Below, in pieces: positions 25,626 to 39,686 of a stretch of 64,000 nucleotides of DNA. The stretch's first letter is position 1; each line of letters opens with the position of its first letter. A program made the translations under genes and the position numbers. The notes under the pieces were generated by a model that saw nothing but the letters and a program-made list of their open reading frames with translations, had not been told where the DNA came from and searched no databases. The DNA is from Eledone cirrhosa (lineage: Eukaryota): contig OZ024742.1 in NCBI GenBank assembly GCA_964016885.1, positions 229,586,001 through 229,650,000 on the forward strand. Direction: 5' to 3'.

Positions 25626-25779
25626 ATATTCTACTTTCAACGGGCACAGTGAATTCAATCAAAATCAGATGCTTTGAAGATTTGGAAAGGAGTACTATAT
25701 CCCACCTCAAGCCACTCTTCTTGTTGTTTTCTTTGTATTATGGGAGGTCCAAATGTGCACACCTAGTCATCCACTCTAA

Positions 25780-27640
25780 GTAGATGACACCACTATTGCA
25801 CGCCGTATGGTGTAGTTGCTCCTGGCCATGATTTGCTGCCTCCTTCTGTGTTGGATGTTGTTGGAGATTCCATGGCTCTGGACTTTACATTTGCCGTACA
25901 TATCGCATATGTTTTCCTTAAGCACAAGATTTTTCCGCCAAGTGTATCTTTCTTGGGCTAGTGTTATTCTGCATGAGCTCAGAGAGCGTTCCACTCCCTG
26001 TCTACTCTAGCAGAGTCATGTGATTTACCACACTCCTCTAGATTCGTATTCAAATTCAGGTCATAGAAAGATCTGAGAATGAAACTGTTTCTAAAAGGCG
26101 CCATATTCCACAAGTACTTCTGGTTGAGATACGTCTGTAATGCACCTCCACACGTCGTCTACTGGTCTTGTTGGCTCTGCTCTACTTCTTTCCGGATTCG
26201 CCATTCACCTCCTATGAAATCATATTTCTCCTTTACTGTCCCCTGGCATCTGACTTCCATTCCATGTTCGTTATGCCTGGTTTCTGTCTATTGGCCTGAG
26301 CGTGTCCCATTATTTCTCTGATCATAAGTATTTCGTTTGCTGCATCTACCGTTTTCTGGACCGTCCACTTTCTGCATGTCTTCAGAATCGTCCTCGGGAA
26401 TTTGTCCCGAGTCCTCAGGTATGGTCAAGATCCTTGAGTATTTGATGATTTTGACCTCCATAGAATTCACTGTACTAGTGCTCATATCATATATAAGCAG
26501 AAGCCCGAGATTCTTTGCGATCAAAATGAACTGCAGACACCAAACCTTGTATTTGCCACCTGGGCCATGTTGATTTATGACCTACAGTCCTTTTCCACCG
26601 TTTGCTTGGTTTCGGTTTCCCTATAATTTAGAGTGTCATCATACCACCGTCTCAGTCTTTTGATTCGTTCTTCTTTCACTGTTGGGATATATGGTTTGCT
26701 ACTGTGAGCACGATTGTTCCCGCTACTTTCCCTTTCCGCAGGGGTTTCTTTGGTTTGAACCTCATTCTGTAAGATACAATTATCTCATCTAACTATTTCA
26801 GTATTTTACGTGTTTCCTTCTCTTTTGTAGAAAGTATATTAGTGTCGTCCATGAAGGCTTTGAGGCGTGGCATTCGAAAGCCTTCTTCGAGTTGGGTTTG
26901 AATTGAAGAGACAAATGCTAACTTCAGGGTGATTTCCATTGGCAACACTTATATTACATTGCACAGCTCATTGTTATACCAACTTCTGAATTGATTCAGA
27001 GGGTTGTGTACTCTTTGGTGGATAATCGCATAGTGAAACCACGAAAATACTTCTTCAGCATTTCTCGGATGCTCTTTGGAACATAATACATCTCAACTGC
27101 TCGTTGGATCATCTTGTGTGTGACCCAACTGAAGGCATATGCCAGATCAAGCCACACCATTACACGTTCTCTCCATTATACACTACCACTTCGGGTTGCG
27201 TGCCGCCCGAATCATTGAGGCATTCTCTATATAACCAAGCACTTCAGGTATTTATTCTCTGAGATGTTTAGTTAACATTGCTGTCAAAATAGAGAAGATT
27301 TTTCTTTCAACTTTCAGAAATGATATTGATCTGAATTATTTGATGTCACTTGAGTGCTGCAGTTTCGAAAGTTATATTGCTTCGGCTCTCGTTCATTCGT
27401 CGCTGATCTTCAAGGTCTTCGATGCTACCGTATCATTTTGTTGATTCACTCAAGTACACCGAAAAATATCAACAGGTAGGGTTATTACTTAACCACTTTC
27501 TTTACTTCTCCCAGTGTTGGTGCCCTGTCATTGAAGAATTCCCTTTGAAGAACAGGCTGCACCAGACTCTGAATTTCAAGTGGCGTCACCATCTATGAGT
27601 TTGAATATGTTTCCTTAAGATACCACTCTAGAAATTCAGC
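25780..27640 (-). mobile_element. Highly decayed RLE-type LINE (HERO-like)
   Basis: VWLDLAYAF (27135-27160), a mutated FxDD-like position (FMDD at ~26846) and LSSCRITLAQERYTWR. Confidence 0.6.
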
Positions 27641-27645
27641 ATTAA

Positions 27646-27744
<99 letters not shown>

Positions 27745-27913
27745 CTTGGTCGTTTCTATGGCTGTGCGGATAATGATTTAACCATCGTCCCAGTGTGTTT
27801 GGCCTTTTAACTTATGTTGTAGCTCTAGTTCACTAGCTTCTATGGAGCGCTTGCCACACATCTCGGAAGTTGTTTTTCGCTAATTTCCAATAGCCGAAAT
27901 ACGATTCTCGGTA

Positions 27914-27945
<32 letters not shown>

Positions 27946-27949
<4 letters not shown>

Positions 27950-28131
27950 GTTTCTACTTTTGGCACAAGGCGAGCAATTATCCCAGTGCATTACTGGTAC
28001 TTTATATTATCGACCCCGTATGGATGTTAGACAAAGTTTACCTCGGTGGGATTTGGAAGCAGACCGGAAAGGGGCGTAACTTTATCGTGCAAAGCATGGC
28101 GTCCGACCCTCTACCGATACTAGCAATCCAA
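27946..28131 (-). mobile_element. SINE, near full length
   Basis: Reverse complement of the 336-541 family. Confidence 0.85.
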
Positions 28132-28278
28132 GCCCTATATATATATATATTATATTATATTATATATATATATATATATTTATATATATGTATATAGAAG
28201 TGATTAACCATTTCTACCTAACTCGTCCCATGGACTGAGTGCTCTACCACTACTGATATTACCTTCCTTGTTTTCTAC

Positions 28279-28315
<37 letters not shown>

Positions 28316-28318
<3 letters not shown>

Positions 28319-28472
28319 TTAAGGATACTATTTATGGTTATGTATATACTAAAACTTTTTATAGTTATATATATTTTAAACCCTAAACAGTGAAGTGAAA
28401 GACAGTAATTTATTACTACCTTATTACCAGTAAGATAAATAGCTCAATGTAATAACATCAGTTGTTCTACAG
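28316..28472. repeat. Dispersed ~155-bp repeat beside (TA)n; second copy at 31731-31883
   Basis: TATTAAGGATACTATTTATGG...CAGTTGTTCTACAGA at both sites. Confidence 0.85.
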
Positions 28473-29056
28473 AAGGACATATAATCTATATATTACGTTT
28501 CCTGGATTGTGAAAATGGTGGTGTATACAAAAACCATAACATTATTCTGCTTCTCATTTTTAATATTTCTCTGCACACAAGCTTCTTTATCATACATAAA
28601 AAATACTTTACCAATACAACCCCCATAATACTCTTGATTACCCGCTTAAAGTGCTTGTATTGCATATAACACCTTGCCGCACAATAATCTTATATAAATA
28701 AGACACACATGCATGCCCCACGTGTAACTATTGCATGCACTAACTACTTCAAATGTCTAAAATCTATCCTCTTGCATTATCTTCGTAAACTACCGATCTT
28801 GTATTTTAACTTTAATTTTGTTTTAATATGATTTGGATTTTAATTTTTGAATTTAAATTGCCATGCAAAAATATTATAATGGATGTCACCCCACTGTGCA
28901 TCGATATATACATATGTTTCTGTATGTCTCTTGTATTGGAAAGGAGGTCATGTATGTAAACAATCATTGAAAAATTGCTCCGAAGACTCCAAACCTCGGT
29001 TTGGACGAAACAATTGTAAGCTAATAAATGGTTTGAACAGAACTTTGATTCATGTG

Positions 29057-29105
<49 letters not shown>

Positions 29106-29144
29106 ACAACAAACATACATATATCTATGTATCTATACAACATT

Positions 29145-29428
29145 GGTGGAGACATGTAGCCTTGTGGTAAGGGTGTTGGATTTACGAACATAATGCCGTG
29201 GGATCGATTCCTGGTCCTGGGTTGCCTGTTGTGTTCTTGAGTAAAACACTTCACTTCTCGTTGCTCCAGTATACTCAGCTGAAAATGACTACTAGCAATA
29301 GCTGGTTGTTCAACCAGGCATTGGACTGGCGTCCTGTCTTGTACTCTCAGTCGATTCCCGCCATGAAACCGGGATAAGCACCGGCCAGATAAGCCTTCTG
29401 GCTTATGACAGAGTTTAGACTTAGACTA
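29145..29428 (+). mobile_element. Second tRNA-derived SINE family with a conserved central domain (Meta/CORE-like)
   Basis: TAGCCTTGTGGTAAG A-box, GGATCGATTCC B-box, TTGTGTTCTTGAGTAAAACACTT, GGACTGGCGTCCTGTC, GAAACCGGGATAAGC and a short TTAGAC repeat tail. Confidence 0.65.
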
Positions 29429-29450
29429 TATGCCATTAAATAAGATACTT

Positions 29451-29642
29451 GATTGGTGGATTGGCAGTATCGGTAGAGAGTCGGACACCATGCTTTGAAG
29501 CATAGAGTTACGTCCCTTTATGATCTGAGTTCAAATCCCGCCGAGGTTAACTTTGCCTTTCATCCTTACGGGGTCGATAAAATAAAGTACCAGTAATGTA
29601 CTGGGTACTGCTGGCCTTGTGCCTAAAAATAGAAACAATTAT
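29451..29642 (+). mobile_element. SINE, full length, 11-bp TSD
   Basis: ATAAGATACTT at 29440-29450 and 29643-29653. Confidence 0.9.
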
Positions 29643-30026
29643 ATAAGATACTTTCTCTAAATCTATTCACTATATGCATTTTAGTTGCTGACAACTGTTA
29701 TATATTGTACTTCCGCATATTTAAATATTTAATTGTTACAATATTTTTCAATTAAATATCCTTTTCAGTTAATAAAGAAAAACAAGATTTTTCTTTACAG
29801 ACGAGCAGTAAATATAATATTCACTTCAACAAATATATATTTTTAATTCTTTCTTTCTTTCTTTCTTTCTTTCGTATTTTCTTTCTTTCTTTTCCTGCCA
29901 GTTTATTAATTTTTATTTTATTTGTATACATAATTAGATTTTTAAACGTGTTGGTATCTCTTCGTATTCTTTACCCTTACACACACACATAAACATAAAA
30001 CATACAACACTTATGTATGCACTTAT

Positions 30027-30525
<499 letters not shown>

Positions 30526-30766
30526 GTTATACATATATATACATACATATAAACTTTCAGATATATGTCCCTTGTTGTCTTGTTAATTTTTTCAGTCTCC
30601 TCTCTCTACTTTCACTTTCATAAGCTGAGAAAGTTAATTGAAATATTCTAGTGAAGTTATTGCATTGTTGACGCTCAACAAGTCTATTTTCTTTGATCTT
30701 TTCTTCATTTATTTATTCACGTGAAATCTTTGTTTTCAATGGCTTTTATCTATCTACGTAAATATG

Positions 30767-30832
<66 letters not shown>

Positions 30833-30962
30833 TGAATATATGTGTTTAGGTATAAAGGTATTGCCTGGGAAGCTTGTCAAAACATTGTATATAATGATAA
30901 GCTTTGCATTATTCGTGTGATAATATAAACAGAACTACACACACACACATCTATATTTCTAG

Positions 30963-31049
<87 letters not shown>

Positions 31050-31128
31050 GGGAACCTGTTACTAAATGAAAGCCAAAAATGGCCATAACTCTATAAAAGT
31101 TAATCAGTTGCAACAAAACGGTGGGAGG

Positions 31129-31200
31129 GAAGAAGAAGAAGAAGAAGAAGAAGAAGAAGAAGAAGAAGAAGAAGAAGAAGAAGAAGAAGAAGAAGAAGAA
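31129..31200. repeat. (GAA)n microsatellite
   Basis: Read directly from sequence. Confidence 0.95.
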
Positions 31201-31913
31201 ACTATCTTAACAATTTTCATTAACAAAAGATATTAAAGAAAAATTCGAAAACAATCTCTTTCAACAACACCTCCATCGCTACCATCAACACACTACACCC
31301 TCCGTCCCATCTAACTCTTCTACCACTACTTCTTTTACAACCAATATCCCGACCAACACACCACGCACCACCACCCACTACCATCACTAACAACACAACT
31401 CCACCCTTCACCAGCACCACCAGCATAGCAACAGTAGATATATATTTAAGTAGTAACAATTTAACAAATGTAATTATTTCTACACATAATGATTAGGTGA
31501 ATGTGTGGTAACATCTGGATCAGGATAATAAGTGCTAGGTATAAAGTTATAAGGGAATGTAAAGGTGGCAGGCCTGACATTGTCATTATGTCCAACTAGG
31601 CAGCTAGGGCGGACAAGTGTTGGTGGTGCATTACGAAACCTTAAAGAGTGGGAGTCTTATACAATTGATATAATTAACTTAATTAAATAATCTATGAATA
31701 TATGTGCGCGTATATAATATATATATATATATTATTAAGGATACTATTTATGGTTATGTATATACTAAAACTTTTTATAGTTATGTATATTTTAAACCCT
31801 AAACAGTGAAGGTCAGTAATTTATTACTACCTTATTACCAGTAAGATAAACAGCTCAATGTAATAACATCAGTTGTTCTACAGAGCAGTTATATAGAATT
31901 ATATATATATATA

Positions 31914-32278
31914 CAGTGTACCGTCGGCATTCGCGGTCGCGGTTATTCGCGGTATTTTCCTTAGAACCTAACTAATAATTGTTCGTTTGTTCGTGGAAAC
32001 CACCACATATTCACGGAATGGTAAATATCTTCAACGATTTTTTATGGCTTTTTGTCGTGACAATATATATTTTTTAACGCTAAAGTATAAATAGCAATAT
32101 ACCGTATTTGCCGGTCTATTGGGCGCCCCTTCGCATAAGAAGGTCCCTCAATTTTTATAATATTTTACGTTATATTTTGACATTTATAGGCATTTTTATA
32201 GACCACGTCCAATATTCGCGGTTTTTCACTCTTTGTGGGTGTTCTAGAAACATAACCCCTATGAATACCGGGGACTGC
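31914..32278. mobile_element. Degenerate pogo/Tigger-like MITE
   Basis: TA|CAGTG start, several TTCGCGG motifs, and an end AACCCC..GAATACCGGGGACTGC|TA. Confidence 0.5.
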
Positions 32279-32299
32279 TATGTTTATATATATATATAA

Positions 32300-32421
<122 letters not shown>

Positions 32422-32439
32422 TATGTTTTAATATAGATG

Positions 32440-32490
32440 AGATTCTACAGGACTAGAACTGTTTCATACTTTAGAAATCATCAGGAATCT
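32440..32490 (-). ncRNA. Type I hammerhead ribozyme motif
   Basis: AGATTC-CTGATGA-TTTCTAAAGTAT-GAAA-CAG(ttctagtc)CTG-TA-GAATCT. Perfect 6-bp stem I; stem II is weak. Confidence 0.8.
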
Positions 32491-32982
32491 GGCTATCCCA
32501 AAATAAATGTGGTATTTATAGGTCTTTTCAGGTGGTAGGAGAGGGTGGGGGTGGGATGGGTAGAAGTAATTGGTTGATAGAAAAGGGAATTCATTAAAGG
32601 CTAATTCTTTAAAGCTATCATTTATATTCAGAGTAACAAAGGCAGAAAGAATTCTATAAACAAGTTCAGATTAGGGTGCCACTCCTTATTTTTAAGTTTC
32701 TCTTAAGCTAACAATGCCTATATTTCAGGTGTCTATAAGATCGTTGGGGGTCGGTCAGGGTTGATGGATTTAAGGAAAATGGAAATTCTTTAAAAGCTAA
32801 TTCTTTAAAGTTCTACTTAGAGTGACAAAGGCCAAGAGAATTCTATAGACCAGTTCAAAATATTGGGTGCCTATCATTATCTTCAAGTTTCTCTTAAGCT
32901 ATTCCAGGTGTCAACATACACATTCACAAACACACACACACGCACCCACACACACACATATATATATATACATATACATATA

Positions 32983-33016
<34 letters not shown>

Positions 33017-33018
<2 letters not shown>

Positions 33019-34151
33019 GTAAAAAATTGAACGGGAACAAAACAGAGAGGCAGTACGAACAAAGGTTTATTAGTTTCACGCTCTTGAGAGTGGGGTGGTG
33101 GTGGGGAACGACGTTTCGGGCATAAGCCCTTCTTCAGGTGAAAAGTGTGTGGGAAGAGAGTTCCAAGGGTGTGTAGGGGAGTGGTGAAGAGACATATAGA
33201 AAAAAGGGGGTGAGAGGAAACGGTACAAATGAAATTAAATATAAAGGCATGATCAAAATAAAATTAAAAATACACATGGAGTAAAACAGGCGGTGGAAGG
33301 GTGTGGGGCGTGTAGGGGTGGTGGCGGGTGGAGTGGGAGAGGGAGAAAGGGTGTCCGAGCGGGGAGGGCTGAAGGTGGTGTGTGTGTGTGTGTAGGTGTA
33401 CGTGTGTGTGTGTGTGTGTGTATGTGAAAGTAGGATTTCGGGGAAGAACGGGTTGCATGTTCAGGAAGAGGTGTGTGTGGGGTGGGGAGTAGGTCGGAGT
33501 GTGTGTGCGTGTGTGGATAGAGGGGTGGGGGGGAGAGGGGATTCCGGAGGCTGAATGTGTAAATATGTGGTGGTACGCACGTGTGTGTGTGGTGTTTATG
33601 CGTGTTGTGGATGTAGGTGGCGTGTGGGAAATATATTTTTTGGGTGTATGTCCGAGGGTGACTCGTTAAGGTAATTCCGTAAAAGGATGTGGTGGAAAGC
33701 TGAGTAATATCCTTGGGATGTGGTTGATTCCCGGGATCAAGGTTCACATATGTGTAATCCGTGAAGAGATTGGTCGGAAGCGAGGAGATGTGGGGTGCGC
33801 GCGCTACAGGAAGTGGTCAGAGGGTCAAGGCAGGAGGAGGGTTGTGTGTCTGTGTGTGCGGGGAGGTGGTTAGAGAGGCATAGCAGCAGTAGGGTAGAAT
33901 GGTAAGTGAAGAAAGTCGGTGCGTGAGTGTGTGCGGAGGTGCGATTGGACAGGGGAGAGGATGGGTAGGTGTGAAAGTTGGAGTGAGGAGGGGTGTATTA
34001 GTAGAGGTGTTAGTGGGATGTGTGTGTGTTTGAGAAAGGATGTGGGTGGAGCGGGGAGAGAAGGGTGTGGGGACCGATGGAGGGAGTGTAGTGTACTGGT
34101 GTGTGTGTGTGCGTGTTTGGATGAGTGTGTGTGTGGTGAAGGGGTTGTTAG

Positions 34152-34152
<1 letters not shown>
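33017..34152 (-). mobile_element. Penelope-like terminal region between (TA)n tracts
   Basis: Carries a minimal HHR. Its end (33017-33094) is repeated at 19887-19964, also next to (TA)n. Confidence 0.55.
33105..33142 (-). ncRNA. Minimal hammerhead core
   Basis: CTGAAGA-AGGGC-TTAT-GCCC-GAAA-CGTC with palindromic stem III (ACGT). Stem I pairs poorly. Confidence 0.65.
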
Positions 34153-34182
<30 letters not shown>

Positions 34183-34238
34183 ATACATATATATATACAT
34201 ATATATATATACATATATAAACATATATATACACATAT

Positions 34239-34298
<60 letters not shown>

Positions 34299-34300
<2 letters not shown>

Positions 34301-35604
34301 GAAAAGCGAAGTAGTTTCAGATGTTCAAGTCTTTTAATAATAATTGTTTCTACATTTGGCAGAAGGCCAGTAATTATCCCAGTGTATTACTGGTACTTTA
34401 TTTTATCGACCCCGTAAGGATTAAAGGCAAAGTCAACCTCGGCGGGATTTGAACTCAGAATGGCAAGGGCCGTAACTCTATGCGTCAAAGCATGGCGTCC
34501 GACCCTCTACCGATACTGCCAATTAATAATGCTGTGATATATATTTCAATGGCGACAGTGGTCACACTGTTCCGTGCGCCAGTGTCGCGACATCGTCAGA
34601 CGCTCTATGATGTAACCGATATGGTGGAGAACAGAGGAACCAGCCACGAGCTACACCCAGAAATCCCCCCTACCATGGGGATGGAAACCCCTGATACTGG
34701 ACGGACATAATAATACCTTTCGGCAGGATAAATACGCGGAAACAAAAACAAAGATAAACGCCTATTTTCCTGCACCAAATCGCATTTGAACAGAAGCCCC
34801 CTCAATTCAATCTATACATGGACAAATTGACAATCATTATTGATCATCTATCTCATTTTTCATATATGTACTCTATGTGTTTTTGCATTCATTCATTAAT
34901 TGTTTTTCTTCTTTTGTGAACGTTATATCGTTTTTTTTTGGTTCTGTTCCATGTGATGGAAATTCTAACTATATACCGGACTAAATACTACCTTTCATAC
35001 CGTAATTTACCCTCCGTTCTACTCTACGGTCCTATCGTTCAGTATATAGATAATATAACCGTAACATTAATACCCATTTCAAAACTCCTTACTTAAACAT
35101 CTCTCTGCATATTATTTACTCATTTCAATCTATATTTTTTTACTCGCCTCAATCCAGATTCCCACTTGAAAAAGTATTATTCTGACCCGTGGATACTCAC
35201 ATTCTCCCATCCCCACTGGCTTTCGACTGACAGCCACTGACGGGATAGGTAGCAGTAAGCTATATTACAGGCGCTTGGCTGAGCGGGGAAACTGACTAAG
35301 CGAATTTCGTTGAAATCTGCGGTAGCTAATGGTCAACTTCCTACGGACCTGCGCCTGCTCAGACCGGTGGGAATGATTTGGTACTCACAGGGGAATGGAC
35401 GAAGAACCCAAGAGCACACACTTCGTCCGTTCCCATGTCGATTCAATTTGGATTGCCTCGGAAACATAACCTTATTATGTAAAAAGCTGTCTGACGATGT
35501 CGCGACACTGGCGCACTGAACAGTGTGACCACTGTCGCCATTGAAATATATATCACAGCATTATTATTAAAGGACTTGAACATCTGAAACTACTTCGCTT
35601 TTCC
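34299..35604. repeat. Inverted repeat (34299-34601 and 35489-35604) with a SINE in the left arm
   Basis: GGAAAAGCGAAGTAGTTTCAG...CATCGTCAGAC is mirrored at 35489-35604. Confidence 0.85.
34340..34523 (-). mobile_element. SINE, near full length
   Basis: Reverse complement of the family consensus, with TAATAAT on both sides. Confidence 0.88.
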
Positions 35605-35686
35605 TTATTCGATATTTACTCCCTCACTCCTATGTGGAATAAGTACGTCGAGTGCTTGATTTGTATTGCATCAATGTTTACCCTAA

Positions 35687-35756
<70 letters not shown>

Positions 35757-35762
<6 letters not shown>

Positions 35763-36920
35763 AATATATTGAGAAACACACAGATACATGCGGACACATA
35801 CATATACATGAATATATCCACATCCATCCTTGAGTTAATGGTGCCAACCTTAACCGATTTTGCTCTATGAATAACTGGGACAAACCAATCCGAATGGATT
35901 AGACTGAACCTGTATCAGAGCTAAAAGTACATTATGAAGAGAGAAAAAATATTTAGATATAATTAGTAATAAGATGTATCATACCTAAACTGCTTCTAGA
36001 TTCCTCGACTACGTAGTTTCGTGGCATAATCAAAAGCAATACATCATAGAGATATAGAGCCTTTGTGAGGTCTGCCGACTTATGAAGAGGATACCTCATT
36101 TTACTAGCCTCAAGAAAACGTCTATAAGATGTGAGATAAAATCCCAAAAGGCGGAGGGGGAGTCAGTCACGTGATACAACGGTCAAGAAACAGAGCTAAG
36201 CCCCTTATAACCCTGAAAAAAATACCACGGAGGCGGAGGGGGTATTTATATCGAGGCCGTAGAAGAGGTGGTTAAGGGGGCGAGAAGTATGAGTAATGGC
36301 AGCTTTCCAGCAGTCACTACACTTCAAAGATTATTCGACCAGAGGGAGTTATAAACAATATATTGAGAAACAAACAGATACATGCGGACACATACATATA
36401 CATGAATATCACCACATCCATCCTTGAGTTAATGGTGCCAACCTTAACCGATTTTGCTCTATGAATAACTGGGACAAACCATTCCGAAAGGATTAGACTG
36501 AACCAGTATCAGAGCTAAAAGTACATTATGAAGAGAGAAGAAACATTTAGATATAATTAGTAATAAGATGTATCATACCTAAACTGCTTCTAGATTCCTC
36601 GACTACGTAGTTTCGTGGCATAATCAAAAGCAATATATCATATAGATATAGAGCCTTTGTGAGGTCTGCCGACTTATCAAGAGGATACCTCATTTTACTA
36701 GCCTCAAGAAAACGTCTATAAGATGTGAGATAGAATCCCAAAAGTCGGAGGGGGAGTCAGTCACGTGATACAACGGTCAAGAAACAGAGCTAAGCCGCTT
36801 ATAACCCTGAAAAAAATACCACGGAGGCGGAGGGGGAATTTATATGTATATAGCTCTGTTTCTTGACCGTTGTATCACGTGACTGACTCCCCCTCCGACT
36901 TTTGGGATTCTATCTCACAT

Positions 36921-36925
<5 letters not shown>
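35757..36925. repeat. 594-bp-period direct repeat plus a short inverted copy (36852-36925)
   Basis: ATAAACAATATATTGAGAAAC at 35757 and 36351. 36852-36925 is the reverse complement of ~36717-36791. Bounded by (TA)n. Confidence 0.9.
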
Positions 36926-36982
<57 letters not shown>

Positions 36983-37027
36983 CACACATATATGCATATA
37001 CACATACATATATACATACATATACAC

Positions 37028-37100
<73 letters not shown>

Positions 37101-37338
37101 CACACACATATACATACGCATATATATATTTATATATATATACACATATATATATATATACACACACATACGTATATATACATATACACATATATATATA
37201 TTTAAAAAAAATGTATATATATACATACATATATATATACATATATATATATATTTAAATATACCCACACATATACATATATAATTACACACACACATAT
37301 ATATATATATATACACATATACAAATACATATACACAA

Positions 37339-37383
<45 letters not shown>

Positions 37384-37519
37384 CACATACACACACATAT
37401 ATACATACACACACACACAAATACACACACAGACACGTACATATACACGTAAATACATATATACACATATATATACAAAACAAAAATATATATATATATA
37501 TATACATATATACATATAC

Positions 37520-37584
<65 letters not shown>

Positions 37585-38267
37585 AGCTGCCAACGCGTTT
37601 TCGAGTACGGCCACTACTTTATATCCATGTAGGAGAACCCCTACCGATGCGCTGAACAAGTGTGACTTTTTAGTCCAGCCAGCGACTTGTAAACTCTGGT
37701 ACAAACACTACACTTGTGACAATTATTGACACATAGTGCTAGGCCCATGGTACCATGTGACGACAAGTGCAGAGAGATCTCTAGATATAAAGCAATGCCT
37801 GTGCCGTGAAGATTTTATAGTGAGAAAAGGCACTGCACAAAGCCAGTCCCACTCTCTTAACCAAGATGATATTTACCAAAAAGAAGAGTAAGTCAACATC
37901 ATTGGATACCATCAGGGTTGCAGGTGTTATATCAGAGTTTTCCTTCTCCTTGAATTCTGCCTTGACAAAGGCTAAGGGGTCATCTCTCCCGGTTATTTTG
38001 GATGGCCATTGACTCTTAAGAGCTCCTTTGCCCTTTGACAATTTTGTTTTTAGTCCTGCAGGATGTCCAAAGTCACCCTCCTCACCAATATATATACATA
38101 TATAAACATATATACACACACATATATACACACACATATATATACATATATACACATACACACATACACACACACAAACATATACATACTTACAAACATA
38201 CATATACACACACATATAAACACATATATATACACATATATATATATACATATATATATATACATAT

Positions 38268-38308
<41 letters not shown>

Positions 38309-38369
38309 CACATACATATATATATATATACATATATATATATGTATATATATATATATACATATATAT

Positions 38370-39686
38370 AGTATAAAAGAGAAAACACAAGTAAGCATTA
38401 AGAGAAGTATTTTATCCAGGTATTTACGACCGTTTCATTGGTAAGTGCAACCTTATATTGCTATACTGCAAATAGCAGCCACTCAATTATAATTGTTGTT
38501 CACAGTCCAAATTTTCAAAATAGTGAGTAAGTTACTCTTGAAATAATTCTTAATATATAGAGAAAAATATTTATTTGGAATTGTATTTACTAGTATATAG
38601 AGAGAGAGGAATCAGAAGGTGAGGGGACAAACGAAATAGTATAGAGAGAGGAAGGGGGAGAAGTGTTAGGAAATAGAGTGACAAACTGAGATGGAGGGAT
38701 GGGTAGAGGTGGGAGGATTCCTTGATCAGTTTTCATAGCAGACTTCATGTCGTTGAATGTAGTGAGTTAAAGAGAATTAAATTGATCATAGTGGGAGGGA
38801 TGGATAGAGAGAGAGTGAGGGGTGGGGGGAGTTATAAAGAGATAAATATATATATAAAAAATAAAGATAAAGATAATAATGACAAAAATAAAAGTAAAGA
38901 AGGTGGGATAAAGAAGAAAAGAAAATATAGCGAAGAAGGGGAGGGAAGGAAGGAAGAAAACGAAGAAATAGAAGAGGAATGAAAGGGAAGGGGGGATATA
39001 GGTATTGGCTTTTGTGGGTAATTAAAAGGGTTTAGATACAACAAGAAGCTATAAAGTCTAAGTATATGCAGTTTGTCAGTTGGTTGTAAGAGGTTAACGG
39101 TTCGATCCCTTCTTGGCTATCTTTTCTTTTCTTCTTTCTCACCCCCTTCTTTGCTATTATTTTTGTTGTTATTATCTTTATCTTTATTTTATATATATAT
39201 ATATTTATCTCTTTAAATCTCCCCCCCCCCTCTCTCTCTCTCTCTCTCTATCCATCCCTCCGACTATGATCAATTTAATTCTCTTTAACTCACTACATTC
39301 CACGACATGAAGTTTGCTATCAAAACTGATCAAGGAATCCTCCCACCTCTACCCATCCCTCCATCTCAGTTTGTCACTCTACTTCCTAACTCGTTCCCCT
39401 TCCTCTCTCTCTATACAATTCCGGTTGTCCCCTCACCTTCTGAATCCTCTCTCTCTCTATACTAGTAAATACAATTCCAAAGAAATGTTTTTCTCTATAT
39501 TTTAAGAATTATTTCAAGAGTAACTTACTCACTATTTTGAAAATTTGGACTGTGAACAACAATTATAATTATAGTGGCTGCTATTTGAAGTATAGAAATA
39601 TAAGGTTGCACTTACCAATGAAACGGTCGTAAATACCTGGATAAAATCCTTCTCTTAATGCTTACCTGTGTTTTCTCTTTTATACT
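38370..39686. repeat. Long inverted repeat with ~570-bp arms (38370-38940 and 39107-39686)
   Basis: AGTATAAAAGAGAAAACACA...GAAGGG is mirrored by CCCTTC...TGTGTTTTCTCTTTTATACT. Confidence 0.92.

Noticed and set aside
37781-38088. Possible host exon ([15 protein letters not shown]...)
   Set aside because: No recognisable domain, it begins directly at a TA tract, and there is no convincing splice acceptor.
39545-39640. GAAACGGTC as half of a hammerhead in the long inverted repeat
   Set aside because: No CTGANGA found upstream.
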